Origin: the human T2T-CHM13v2.0 reference genome, Homo sapiens
NCBI RefSeq assembly: GCF_009914755.1
Contig: NC_060932.1
Direction: 5' to 3' (one strand)
Length of the DNA stretch: 64,000 nt
Shown here in pieces: positions 1 through 10,610 of this stretch. The stretch's first letter is position 1. Every line of letters begins with the position of its first letter. Below the pieces are notes generated by a model that was not told where the DNA came from, did no database searches, and worked only from the letters and a program-made list of their open reading frames with translations. Made by a program: the position numbers and the translations under genes.

Positions 1-59
1 TTTTTGTAAAGAAGACAAATCTTAACAGAAATCCTGTTACTGTGGTAGTTGTATCAAAA

Positions 60-900
60 ATGAATTAGAGACCAGTATGGACATTTTACCAAAGAAGATA
101 CAAGGATGGCAAATAATTACACAGAAAGATGCTCTACATCATTAGTCACTGACAAATGCAAATTAAAGCTACAACAATATGGCACTACACATCTGTTAGA
201 GTGGCTAAAATGAAAAAGACTAACCATACCAAGTGTTGGTGAAGACATGAAGCAACTGCAATTCTCACACTGCTGGAGGGACTATAAAATAGTACCACTG
301 TTTTAGAAAACTTTGGCCATTTCTTAAAAGTTGAGCATACAGCTACTATTTGATTCAGCTGTTCTACTCCTAGGTGTTTCCCTCAAAAGAATGGAAGCAT
401 ATGCCCATACAAAGACTTATATTCAAATGTTCATGGCAAGTTTACTTTTAATAGATCCAAAGTGGAAATAACCCAAATGCCATCAACAGATTTACGAATA
501 AAACAATTGTAGTATATTCAGACAAAAGAATACTACTCAGCAATAAAAAGGAATAAATTACTGACATATCCAACAACATGGATAAACCTCAAAATAATAC
601 CAGTGCGTTAAAAAAAATTTACAAAAAAGATGCACTGTATGATTCCATTTATAAAATTCTAAAAAATGCAAACTATAGTGACAGAAAGCAGATGAGTGGT
701 GGCTGGAGATGGGGTGGAGTGGGGAGGGGCAAGAGGAAGAGATCACCAGGAACTTCAGGGGATGATAGATATGTTCACTAGCTTGATTGTGATGATGTTT
801 TCACGGGTACACACATGCGTAAAAGCTTAAACTTATCAAATTATACACTAACCTTGTACAGTTTGTGGTATGCCAATCATACTTTAATAAAATGGTATTT
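60..900 (+). mobile_element. Ancient L1 (L1M-type) ORF2 end / 3' UTR fragment
   Basis: Degenerate L1 3' motifs (ggacattttaccaaagaagata, atgcaaattaaagctacaa, aaagaatactactcagcaataaaaaggaa); no intact ORF. Confidence 0.8.
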
Positions 901-913
901 AAAAGTGGCTTGA

Positions 914-1400
914 CCATGAAAAAGCATGGAGAAAACTTAAATGCATATTACTAAGAGAAAAAAGCCAATCTGAAAAGACTATATACTGTGTGATTCCAAT
1001 TATATGGCATTCTTGAAAAGGCAAAACTGTGGATACAGTAAAAAGATCTGTGGTTGCCAGGGGTTAGTGAAGAGGGAGGGATGAATAGACAGAGTATAGA
1101 GGATTTTTAGGACAGTGAGAATACTCTTTATGACTCCATAATAATGGGTACATGTCCTTATGCATTTGTCCAAAGCCATAGAATGTACAATACCAAGAGA
1201 GAAGCCTAATGTAAATGATGGATGTAGGGTGATTAGTGCCAATGTAGGTTCATTGATTATAACAAATGCACCGCCACAGTGGGGGATGTTGATATTGGGG
1301 GAGGCTGTACGTGTGTGATGATGAAGGTATGTGGGAAATCGCTCTACTTTCTGCTCAACTTTTCTGTGAACCGAAAACTTCTCTAAAAAATAGTCTATTT
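914..1400 (+). mobile_element. L1MC/L1MD-like 3' end insertion with target-site duplication
   Basis: L1M 3'UTR motifs (aaagccaatctgaaaagactatatactgtgtgattcca); flanked by the direct repeat tttaaaagtggcttga at 898-913 and 1400-1415. Confidence 0.75.
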
Positions 1401-2387
1401 TTAAAAGTGGCTTGAACAATTAGGATATTTATTGTCTCCCAAATCAGGGGTCTGGTGGGTAGAGAGGATCAAAGGTTGGTTCAGTGGCTAAAAGTGCTAT
1501 TAAGGACACAGATGCTTCCCATCTTCTGGCTCTGTCCACCTTCATATTATAAAAAGTGTTGCAGTTGTTGAAGTCACACATGCGGGCAAAACAGCGTCCA
1601 GTAAAAATGAACAGTTTCCTTCCTATTCATCTTGTTTTAAGAGAGAGGAACGCTCTCCTATGAGCTCCCCATAGACTTCCCCTTGGGTCCCATTGGTCAG
1701 TGTTGAGTCTCATATCCATGATCTGACTGCAAGGAAGGGAGAGGGCTGCAGGGCGAGCACCCACTGGGGCCACACAGGCACTTGCAGAGTTCTGTGCCTT
1801 TACTCATGCTCCTTCCCTCTGGCTTCTCTTGGCTCTCCCTTGACCCACCTTCTTTCGCTGAGAGCATTCAGGAATCCTCCTTGCATCTCCCTCAGGCCTT
1901 TCTATGTAACTTTATCTTCCCTCTGTGTAGACTTTTTTATGTGTGTATCTGTCTTAACAGCCAGACATGAGCTTCTGCAATCTCTCCTCTTTCATCAGGG
2001 GAGCCCAGGGACCTTGTACAGGGCTTGGTGCACAGCCGTGCTTGAAAAGTGGTCTTGGATGGCAGAAAAAAGCAGATGGAGCTTTTCCCATCCTGGGGAG
2101 AACACAAAGGCCAAGGCGGGGAAGCAGCTTCAGTACAGAAGTGAGTGCAAAACACTAAAAGATTTCATTATAGAAATAGCAGAAATGGTCAAGATCTATC
2201 ATTGTGAAGGATATAACTGATGGTCTCAGAAGAACACACCTGGGAACATCACTCTGAAATGAAAAGGAGAGTGCTTTAGGGCAGAGAAAGCACAGCTGGA
2301 CTCATAGAATAGAATTCTCACATTCTTCATTCAACATGTGAAACTTATTACCTCTAGTAGGTTATTCAGGAAAGACTGTAACAATTA

Positions 2388-2514
2388 TTTTAAAAATAGA
2401 GATGTGGTCTCACTGTGTTTCCCAGGCTGGTCTCAAACTCCCGGGCTGAAGGGATCCTCTTACCTTGGCCTCACAAAGTGCTGGGATTACAGGTGTGAGT
2501 TACTACACCTGGCC
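2388..2514 (-). mobile_element. Alu monomer (FLAM / left-arm fragment)
   Basis: caggctggtctcaaactcc...caaagtgctgggattacaggtgtgag is an antisense Alu left arm. Confidence 0.85.
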
Positions 2515-3199
2515 ATAGCAATTTTTAAGGGGTTAAAAGCTACTAAAGGGACAAAGCGACAAGTCTTGTCTATGTCAGGCCATGCTGCTTCACAAAACAC
2601 CCTCTCTCTATGCTGGTTTTCTAGAGGAGTTCCTGGGCTGGGTGAGTCATGGGTCTGAAGTGAGCCTAGTGTTATCTGTGCTTCTGTGACTCATCAAACC
2701 TAAAACCACCTCTGCAGGACAGAGATTCCTTGATGGCAAGAGAAAGAACAGAAGATGCTCCTGACCTTAGGGTCATACAGTAATTTCAGCAGTGACTACT
2801 CCTTGCTGGGCCCCTGAGGCAGAATCCCAGAGATGTCCTGGAAGTTCAGGCCCTGACTTCATTTGGTCAATGGCGTTGGCGTTAAAATCAGGATGATTCC
2901 TGTTTCTCAGGCCCTCTTAACCAACCATTGCTGTTCTGAGGCTATTCTTCTGAGAAGTGCAGGTGGATACTCAAAGAGTCCAGCTCACTAACTACAGACT
3001 TTCAAAGTAATTAAACAACATTTGAGCTGATCAGGTTAAAATTCCCAGCTGAGCATAGCTTTTCCATTCTCTGAGTTCTCTAGGAGTGCAGGAAAGAAAT
3101 CTTGCAGCACCAGCTGAATCTCATCTGCCTATATCACAGCCCCTCCACCTTAAGTTGCACCAATTTGTAGGGGTCTCTGAGTTTTAAACCCAATTGGCC

Positions 3200-3372
3200 T
3201 CTCCCTTTCTTTCTTTCTTTTTCTCTTTCTCCCTTTCTCTCTCTCTCTTTCTTTCTCTTTCTTTCTTTCTCTTTCTTTCCTTCTTTCTTTCTTTCTTTCT
3301 TTTTCTTTCTTTCTTTCTTCTTTCTTTCTTTCTTCTTTCTTTCTTTCTTCTTTCTTTTTCTTTCTTTCTTTC
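3200..3372. repeat. (TTTC)n/(TC)n compound microsatellite
   Basis: ~170-bp pyrimidine-only tract seen directly. Confidence 0.95.
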
Positions 3373-4869
3373 GTGTATCAAGTTTACTACCTACCTCCTG
3401 GCCAAACCGGGCCACATGGTTAAGCCCAGATTCAAATTGGGTGGGAACTACAAAGTTACAAGGCAAAGGTCATGCATACAGAGAGGTCATTAATTGGGAT
3501 CTACCACTGCAGGGTGGTAAAAGAGAATGAAAACTGATATGGTGGGGAATACCTTAGCATCTACTAAGGGAGTAATCAGGAAGATATGAGATATCCTGTG
3601 AAGGCTTCCCGAAGGAAGGAGAGGAAGGGAAGACCATTTCAGTTGGAAGAAGGATACATTATGGGAATAAGTCATTTTACTGGAGATATGAACACTTATG
3701 TAACCAATTCCCAATTGATAGACATGTGGGTTGTTCTACATATTCTCTATTACAATCAATGCTGATCTGTGTATCTAGCTATCCAGCTGGCATAGAGAGG
3801 CATATGGTGGATTTGTACACACACGTACACATACACATACACACTGCACACACATACCATGCAAATATAAGATAAATTCTTGGAATGACTAATTCTAGTA
3901 GCTTATAAATTTGTATAGGTATTGTCAAATCAGCCTTTTTCTTTCACTCCCAAGTTGGGAATTGCTGGGGACTCTCAAAACCATGTCACTGACTCCATTT
4001 TTGGTTGTGGGAGCTGGGAGCCCCTCCATTTCCTCTTCCCAGTTCTTTCTTCTGCAGCTGCCCCCAGGTTTGTTCTCCATGATCCAGCAACTTCTGTCTC
4101 CATCCCCCGTTCTCAGAAGGCTCCATCTCCTCCTTCCCCAAGAAGGTTGCAACTGCCCTCAGCTTTCCTCCCTCCCTCCTCAGGGAGTACCAACATCTCT
4201 CTCTTATCTTTATTCTTCTTTGTGAGGCTGATATGCTAAATTTCATCTAGTTTTCCCCAAACTCAAACCACTACCTCTCTACTGCTGCCTTCTCCCTCTC
4301 CATTTCCATCCCTAGCACTACTACAAAGGAACCCCATCCAGTCCAGCCGGTTGGCTTGCTCCTCCCCTCCTCCCACTCCAGTTCACGCTCCAGCCCACTG
4401 AAGAGTGGTGCCCACCCCTAGGCCCCTGCCTAAATGGCTCTTCCAGAAACACCAGTGACTTCCCACTCACCAAAGTCTGGGGCCGTTTCCTCAAGATCCT
4501 GCCCACTCCCTGACCCTTCCCTCCCTTGGGGCCACCATGGCTGCTTCTGGATGACTCAATCAGACACCCACATTGCAGTCCCATCCTTCCTGTTCAAATG
4601 AAAACATCTCATTTCAACAGCTCTCTTCATCTTCAGGACTAAGTCAGCCCCTTACACAAAGGACTCATGAGGGACATGCAGTCTGTGTGCCCAGCCTGAG
4701 CCCAAGGGTCTATTCTGATCCTTTTTTTTTTTTAAGATAAAGGTTTTTGCAGGTATAATAGGGGTCTCCAACAAAAAGTAAAGAATAATTTTGTAGAAAG
4801 ATTTTGAGACTTTCCTAACTCTCTGAAACTACACAAGCTGGTCCTTTTGACTTGGAAGCTAAATTTCTA

Positions 4870-5345
4870 AGATGGAAAGTCACATGTATGAGTGGGAGGC
4901 ATGAAACCAATTATTCGACCTGTCTGGGGTCATGAGTGCAGAGGCGGCTCCTACGAACCATCTGCCTCTTCAAGTGTGGATGAGAGGTGGGTATGGCGGA
5001 TGCTTGTCATTTCCCAATGGCTCGAGTGGATGTGGGGAGTATGGGAGTGAGGGCAAAAGAGAAAAGAGGGAGAGAGGCCGTCCAAGCTTTCACAACTCAC
5101 TCTCTTGTGTTTGAAAATATCTGATTTCATTATTTTCTATAATTAATTTCTAGAACATCTATTCTGAGGAAAATGCTAGAAAGAAATATGCTATTCATTT
5201 GTATCAGCATTACTCTTTGTTGATATTAAATGGCTTAGTCACTTTATGGGGGAAATAAAGAGGTTGATTCATGGTGATGTGACCCTCTCGCCACTTCTGG
5301 TTCCCTTTTTCCTGCTATATATCAAGACCTACAGCCCTTGGGAAG
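4870..5345 (+). promoter_or_regulatory. DCSTAMP: DCSTAMP proximal promoter
   Basis: TATATA 5316-5321 about 30 nt before exon 1; AP-1-like TTAGTCA 5235-5241 and TGATTCA 5265-5271; NFAT cores GGAAA 5251-5255 and 4874-4878; E-box CACATG 4881-4886; ETS-like GGGAAGTG 5340-5347. Consistent with known c-Fos/NFATc1/MITF/PU.1 control. Confidence 0.7.
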
Positions 5346-5346
5346 T

Positions 5347-5383
5347 GCATTTCTGCATTCGAAGAAGAATCTGAGAGAAACCT
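5347..5383 (+). other. DCSTAMP: DCSTAMP exon 1 (non-coding; start approximate)
   Basis: Ends CCT|GTAAGT (strong donor); joining to 14062 gives ...gagaaacctgacgcagggagcATG, matching the mRNA 5' end as I recall it. Confidence 0.8.
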
Positions 5384-5807
5384 GTAAGTAAACTTTCAGA
5401 ATAATCTTATTTCTAAAATTGCTTTTAAAAAAGTACTAGTAAATTGGAATAAACAATTGTGACCAGAGCATACTTTAAGGCCCCCTATACCCCGACAGTC
5501 TCCCTATGTATGGAAGTATCAGAAAGTCTTTTCATGTTGGTATCTGAATATCCTCTGCTCAGGGAAAACTGCAGCATGAATATCTTCTTATGGGTGTAGC
5601 CTGGGTATACGCGAGCCACCCTTCACTTTATGAATCCCCTCAGCTAATCCTCCTGGTGGTTATGGGGAGCCCTAGGCTGGCTCAGTCCTGCCTGGCCAAC
5701 GATGCAGCTCCCGGCACCTGGCACACGCAGCAATGGGCTGAATTGTTCCGTAAATGCTATTCTGTTTACCTAGTAGCGTTCATTAATCTTTCCTTTCTTG
5801 TGTGAAG

Positions 5808-5961
5808 GCTGCTTTCACAGAGGAAGGCATTTGCTGGCTTTCCCAAGGCAAGAACAATGAAAACAAAGTCATGAGGAGTTCTCTCTACCTCAAATGAAGG
5901 CCGCAGCTCCTGCTCAAGCTATTTTGGCAGTCTGAGAGAACAGTACATTCTGAACCACATT
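5808..5961 (+). other. DCSTAMP: Candidate alternative 5'UTR exon of DCSTAMP containing three uORFs
   Basis: Pyrimidine tract then AG at 5806-5807 (alternative AG 5819-5820); donor ATT|GTAAGT at 5962. Confidence 0.45.
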
Positions 5962-8900
5962 GTAAGTTTGCAAGAGCTTATACAAAAAAGAAAGGGAGAA
6001 AAAAGGAAAAGGAAAAGAAACCCTCCATTCTTCTTTTGTTCCACTCCCAGGTGCTGGGCTTTGATGTTCTGTCTCAGAAGTGACTGCAGAACGCCAGCTC
6101 CAAGAACCAGCTCCGCTGCTCACTGCACCTTTCATTTCAGAGAGCATGGGGCTAGTGGGGACCTTAGAACTCAGCTAGCCCATAGGAGCTGAGGTCCAGG
6201 AGGTGACATGACCTATCCAAGGCCACGCAACCTGGCTTGGGTAGAGGCAGGTTGGACCACAGGTCTCCGTTTGGCGCTCTTTTCCTGTTCTGCTCTGTCC
6301 TTTGATCAAATTCCTTTTAAAATGAGATTCACATCAAGCCAGTGAGGGAGGCTGATGGGTTCAGACTGGGTTCCCGCAGGGGACCGGCAGGGCTGGTTGA
6401 GGAGTACAGAAAGAACAGAGTGCTTGTCCGTTTGGGTTTATTGTCCCCTGGGGTGTCTGCAGACTATATCTGGGCTTGTTGAGCATAAGCCATTGGCTTC
6501 TGCACAGGCAGAGTCAGAATGAACTGGTGTCACTTAATGGGAATTGCAGGACATCAGATGAGGCAGGAGCTTTGGAAATGGGGAGAGAGGGGAGCAATAA
6601 GATGCTCCCAAGGTCATTGTCTCCTGGCCTTTCCTCCAGAGAAGGTCACATTTCTTCCTCCCACACTTTCAATAGCAGTAAGCCTGTGGGTTTCTGCTTA
6701 CCAGCTCTGGAGACACATGGGTGATGTGCAGCTTCAATACCCCTCCAGTCTAGAAAGCTCCTAGGGTGGGCCATTCATGTGGAGATTCTCATTATTATTT
6801 CATGGCTCCATTTTTTGTAGCTTCTGACTGGACCTTGTATCTGAAGCAAGGACACATTCATCTGCACCTTGAAAGTTGATCTGTGCTCAAAAGACAGTGC
6901 TCAGGAATGCCGGTCTCCTTCACTCATCAAAAAGGTGGCCAAACAGAGCTCTGTGGGTGGGGGCTGTGAGCCCTGTGCCCTCCATGCTGGGGCTCTCAAT
7001 GCTCCCACTGACACTGAGATCCCATGCAGGGAAAACGATTGAGGTGTATGTACCTTGCAGAGGTGTCTGCTAGCTAGCATGGGCAGGGTTGATGTGGAAG
7101 TCTGGCTGTTTCTGTTTCCCATGGCAACAGCTTGGCCCTGCATGAAAGCAGGTAAATGTGGGCTCAAGCCAGATGCACAGACTGCATGGCTCTGCAGGGC
7201 TCTCAGCTCAAATCAGGGCTCTTCATCCCTAACCCTGTTCTGCTATTTTCCTGTTCCCTTCCACTCAGCCACAAAAAGGGCTTTAACCCCATGAAAGAGA
7301 GATGGGGCCCTTGGTGGTACTCTGCTGTGGACTGCTAAGGCTTCCCTGCCTGAGGTGTGGTAGAAACTGCAGTTCTGAGATAAAAGCAAGAGAGTGGCCA
7401 TTACTCTAGGGATAGTGCTGTTGGTAAAAGCCAGAAACAGGTATTGTATCCTGGGGACACAAGCATGTTGAGTCAGGAATAGACATTATTGACAATGGAG
7501 GCAAAATAAAGAGAAATTACAGGTTAAAGGGATCAGGTAAACTTTTAGATGCTGCCAGAAAAAAACGATGGAGAGGCAGAGGGAGGGACTCTGTAAGCAC
7601 AAGAGAGGGGAATAAAACAGTTAGAAATCTTTGGGCAAAAATAAACATTTCCGAGGTATAGAGGAAAACCTTTATTTGTGAGACTGGAACTTGGTTTAAG
7701 CATGGCTTTTAAATGTCTCCAGGGATAAAAGGGGAAAAGGTAATTCACAGGAATGGAGAAGAGGAGGGCTAAGGTGAGAAGCCAGCCAGAGAGGAGAGAA
7801 GAGAGCCATGTGAACGTCATCTGATGATCAAGGCTGCACTCTCACAATCCGTGGCCAAAATCAGCCGTCAGAGTGTTTAAAAATAATTTGAGCCAACAGT
7901 TTTTTAAGAACCAGAAGATGTCACCCAAAGAAATCTAGATTTCTGACTTAAAAAATAAAAGTCAGAAAATCTGGTGACTGCCTCCATAGAGAACTTTCAA
8001 GAAAATCTGCTGGGTTGGAGGCTGCTGTTCCTACAAGTTAAATGGGGGCATGGGCTCTCCAGCCCCCCAGAGACCCATGGCCCACTGGCCCACACCCCAC
8101 ACTCCCAAGGAGTATCTCTATCTCCTTACTTCCTTCACTGTTTCTGGTGCTTGTCTGACCCCTGTAGGCATTTGAAATGCTAAGTGCTGCCTGCAGGGGA
8201 CAGGATGAGCCCCCATTCCTGACCCCAGCTCAACAGGGAAGGTGAGACCAACACGGAATGCACTTTTCTTCCCCATCCCTGGGAGAGATGGCTAAGTTGG
8301 GAGAGACAGCCCTTGATCTGGACCTCAGACCAGGATGGGCCTGCGTCCGGGGTGCCCGAGTTTAAGGGGTGAGCAAGGTGAGCCTAACGCTGGCTGTAAC
8401 AGTCTCTGAGTAAAATATAGGTATTCACGACTGCACGATGCTGTGGAGCAAGTGTTCACCTGGGGAAAGGAGAGCTGCAGTCAGCTTTAGATGGCTCAAT
8501 AAAGCTATGCTGGCAGAGGAGGGGAGGACCCTGGATGTGGTTGACAACGCAGGACAGCTCATCCTGGCATGGTGAATCTGCATTTCAGGATTCTTTTGTG
8601 ATTGGGATCCTGGGAATATAGTTCAACCAAATTCAGAAGCTGCTCTATGATCATGTCAAAGAGGGGCTGAGCAGTTGTCCATTCTGACCCCTCAGGGTCA
8701 TTTAAACATGGGTTAAAATCCTGGCTCTTGCACTTATTAGCTGTGTGACCTTGACCAAGTTGTTTAACCTCTCTCAGCCCCAGTTTCCTACCTAAAAAGA
8801 TGTAGCTACAATAGTACAGGGTTAGAAAGCGTGTATATCAGATGCTGTGGCCAGGCATAAAGTAACACATTAATAACTACCGTCTATTATTAGGAGTATT

Positions 8901-8987
8901 TCACTAAGCCTCAGACATTGACACAAGCTATAGTTTGTCTGCTTCTCTAATTATGTATTCTGTGGTGACTCAGGACCAACTGGATAT

Positions 8988-9493
8988 TGTTATGGACAGA
9001 ATGTTTGTGTCTTCTGCCAATTTATTTGAACCCCCAGTGTGGCTGTATTTGGAAATTGGGTCTCTAAGGAAGTAATTAAGGTTAAATGAGGTCCTAAGTG
9101 TGGAGCCCTCATCTGATAGGACTAGTGTCCCTGTAAGAAGAGGAAAATGTAACTGCCTCACCATTGTCTAAGAGAGAGACAAGAGACTGGCAGCCAAACA
9201 GAGCAGTGGGTAAAATGATTTCTGGGTGCCATGTTGGAAAAGTCTTTGTACTTAATTAAAGGCGACACAGAGTGAAGAGATACCAGAGAGCTCACCCACC
9301 TTCTCTCCCCGCCATGTGAGGACACAGGGAGGAGGCAGTTGTCTGCAAGCCGGGGAGGGGTCCTCACCAGAACCCAACCCTGCCAGACTTTGATCTGGAA
9401 CTTCCAGCCTCCACCACTGTGAGAAATCAATTTCTGCTGTTGAAGCCACCCAGCCTGTGGGGTTCTGCTATGGCAGCACTGGCAGATGACAAC
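8988..9493 (+). mobile_element. MLT1A-like MaLR solo LTR with an internal ~125-bp insert
   Basis: tgttatggacagaatgtttgtgtc...aaggttaaatgaggtc...gccatgtgaggacacag...cttccagcctcca...tgagaaatcaatttctgctgttgaagccacccag. Confidence 0.75.
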
Positions 9494-9719
9494 AGGTACA
9501 TAGGAAATTTTAATTCCATTACTCAGGAACTGTAGTGGAATTTTAAAACAGGACTCATGAAAAGTCAGAGGTGAGATATTAATGTGATGGGAAGTGTGTC
9601 ACCAAGTGGTGGAAAACTGGGGGTCTCCCTCCTAGCTTAGAGTCCCTTAGCCTCTTTGGATTTTATTTTCCTCAACTGTGACTATCAGCCAGGGAGGTGT
9701 CAATCAAAATAATCTGGAC

Positions 9720-10020
9720 TTGTGCTATCCAATACATAGGCTCCAGTTATTTATTTAACTTTAAGTAATTTAAATTTTATTTAATCTTAATTTAAATGTA
9801 AGTGATTTGATTTATTAAAATTAAAATTAAATATCATAATTAAATAAAATAACACTAAAAGTAATTAAATTTATTAATTAAAATTAAGTAAAATTTAAAA
9901 TTCAATTTCTCAGTCGCATGAGCCCTATGTCAAGTGCTCATGTGGCCAGTGCCTCCTATGCTGGACAGTGCATATATACAGCACGCCCAGCATCACAGAC
10001 AGTTCTATCCAACAGCGCTG
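9720..10020. mobile_element. MER3/MER33-like hAT MITE with internal AT-rich expansion
   Basis: Termini resembling tgctatccaata...tatccaacagcgctg; tcaagtgctcatgtggccagtg core; low-complexity AT stretch 9745-9905. Confidence 0.55.
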
Positions 10021-10024
10021 AATT

Positions 10025-10192
10025 CTAGAGCTTGCTACCTGAAGCCTAGTCTTCACGAGAGCAGCTTCAGCAGCACCTGGGAAATTGTTAGGAATGCCAA
10101 CTCTCAGGGGCCACCCTAAACCTTCTCAATCAAGATCTGCATTTTCACAAGATTCCCTCCAGTGATCACGTACTCAAGTCTAAGAAGCTCTG
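10025..10192. mobile_element. MER5A-like hAT MITE
   Basis: cagcagcacctgggaaattgttaggaatgc...atctgcattttcacaagattccc. Confidence 0.7.
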
Positions 10193-10489
10193 AGGTATGA
10201 TTCCCTCCAGCTCAAAAAAGAAAATTTATGAATCTGGGTATCTGCTTGACAAAGTCTTTGAGAAAGAAAACACTTGCTTAGCTTATCAAAATTCCAGTTT
10301 ACTGATTTGCCTAAGAGGAAAGAATTGAAATATCTGAAGGAAGATCAGCAGAATGGCTGCACCTCCACAGGAGCAAAAAGAAATCAGCAGATGTCTAAAG
10401 GAGGCATGGGTGGCGTCACCGTGCCTGGAGGGTTGTACACCTTGGAGGTTGGTACAATCCAGCTCCTATCTCTTTTTTTGTAGTTGTTT

Positions 10490-10610
10490 TTTAAAAAGAG
10501 AGATGGGGGTCTCTCTCTGTTGCTCAGGCTGGTCTCAAACTCCTGGGCTCAATCAAGCAATCCTCCCACCTCAGTGTGGGATTATAGCCATGAGCCACCA
10601 CGCTCAGCCT
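10490..10610 (-). mobile_element. Alu monomer (FLAM-like)
   Basis: gagatgggggtctc...caggctggtctcaaactcctgggctc...tgagccaccac. Confidence 0.85.

Noticed and set aside
3134-3493. Lys/Glu/Arg-rich and Phe/Leu/Ser-rich ORFs
   Set aside because: Translations of the (TTTC)n microsatellite
9745-9905. Extremely AT-rich, quasi-palindromic stretch (possible NUMT or PATRR)
   Set aside because: Short low-complexity expansion inside a MER3/33-like MITE; no tRNA or mitochondrial gene pattern and no long perfect inverted repeat visible
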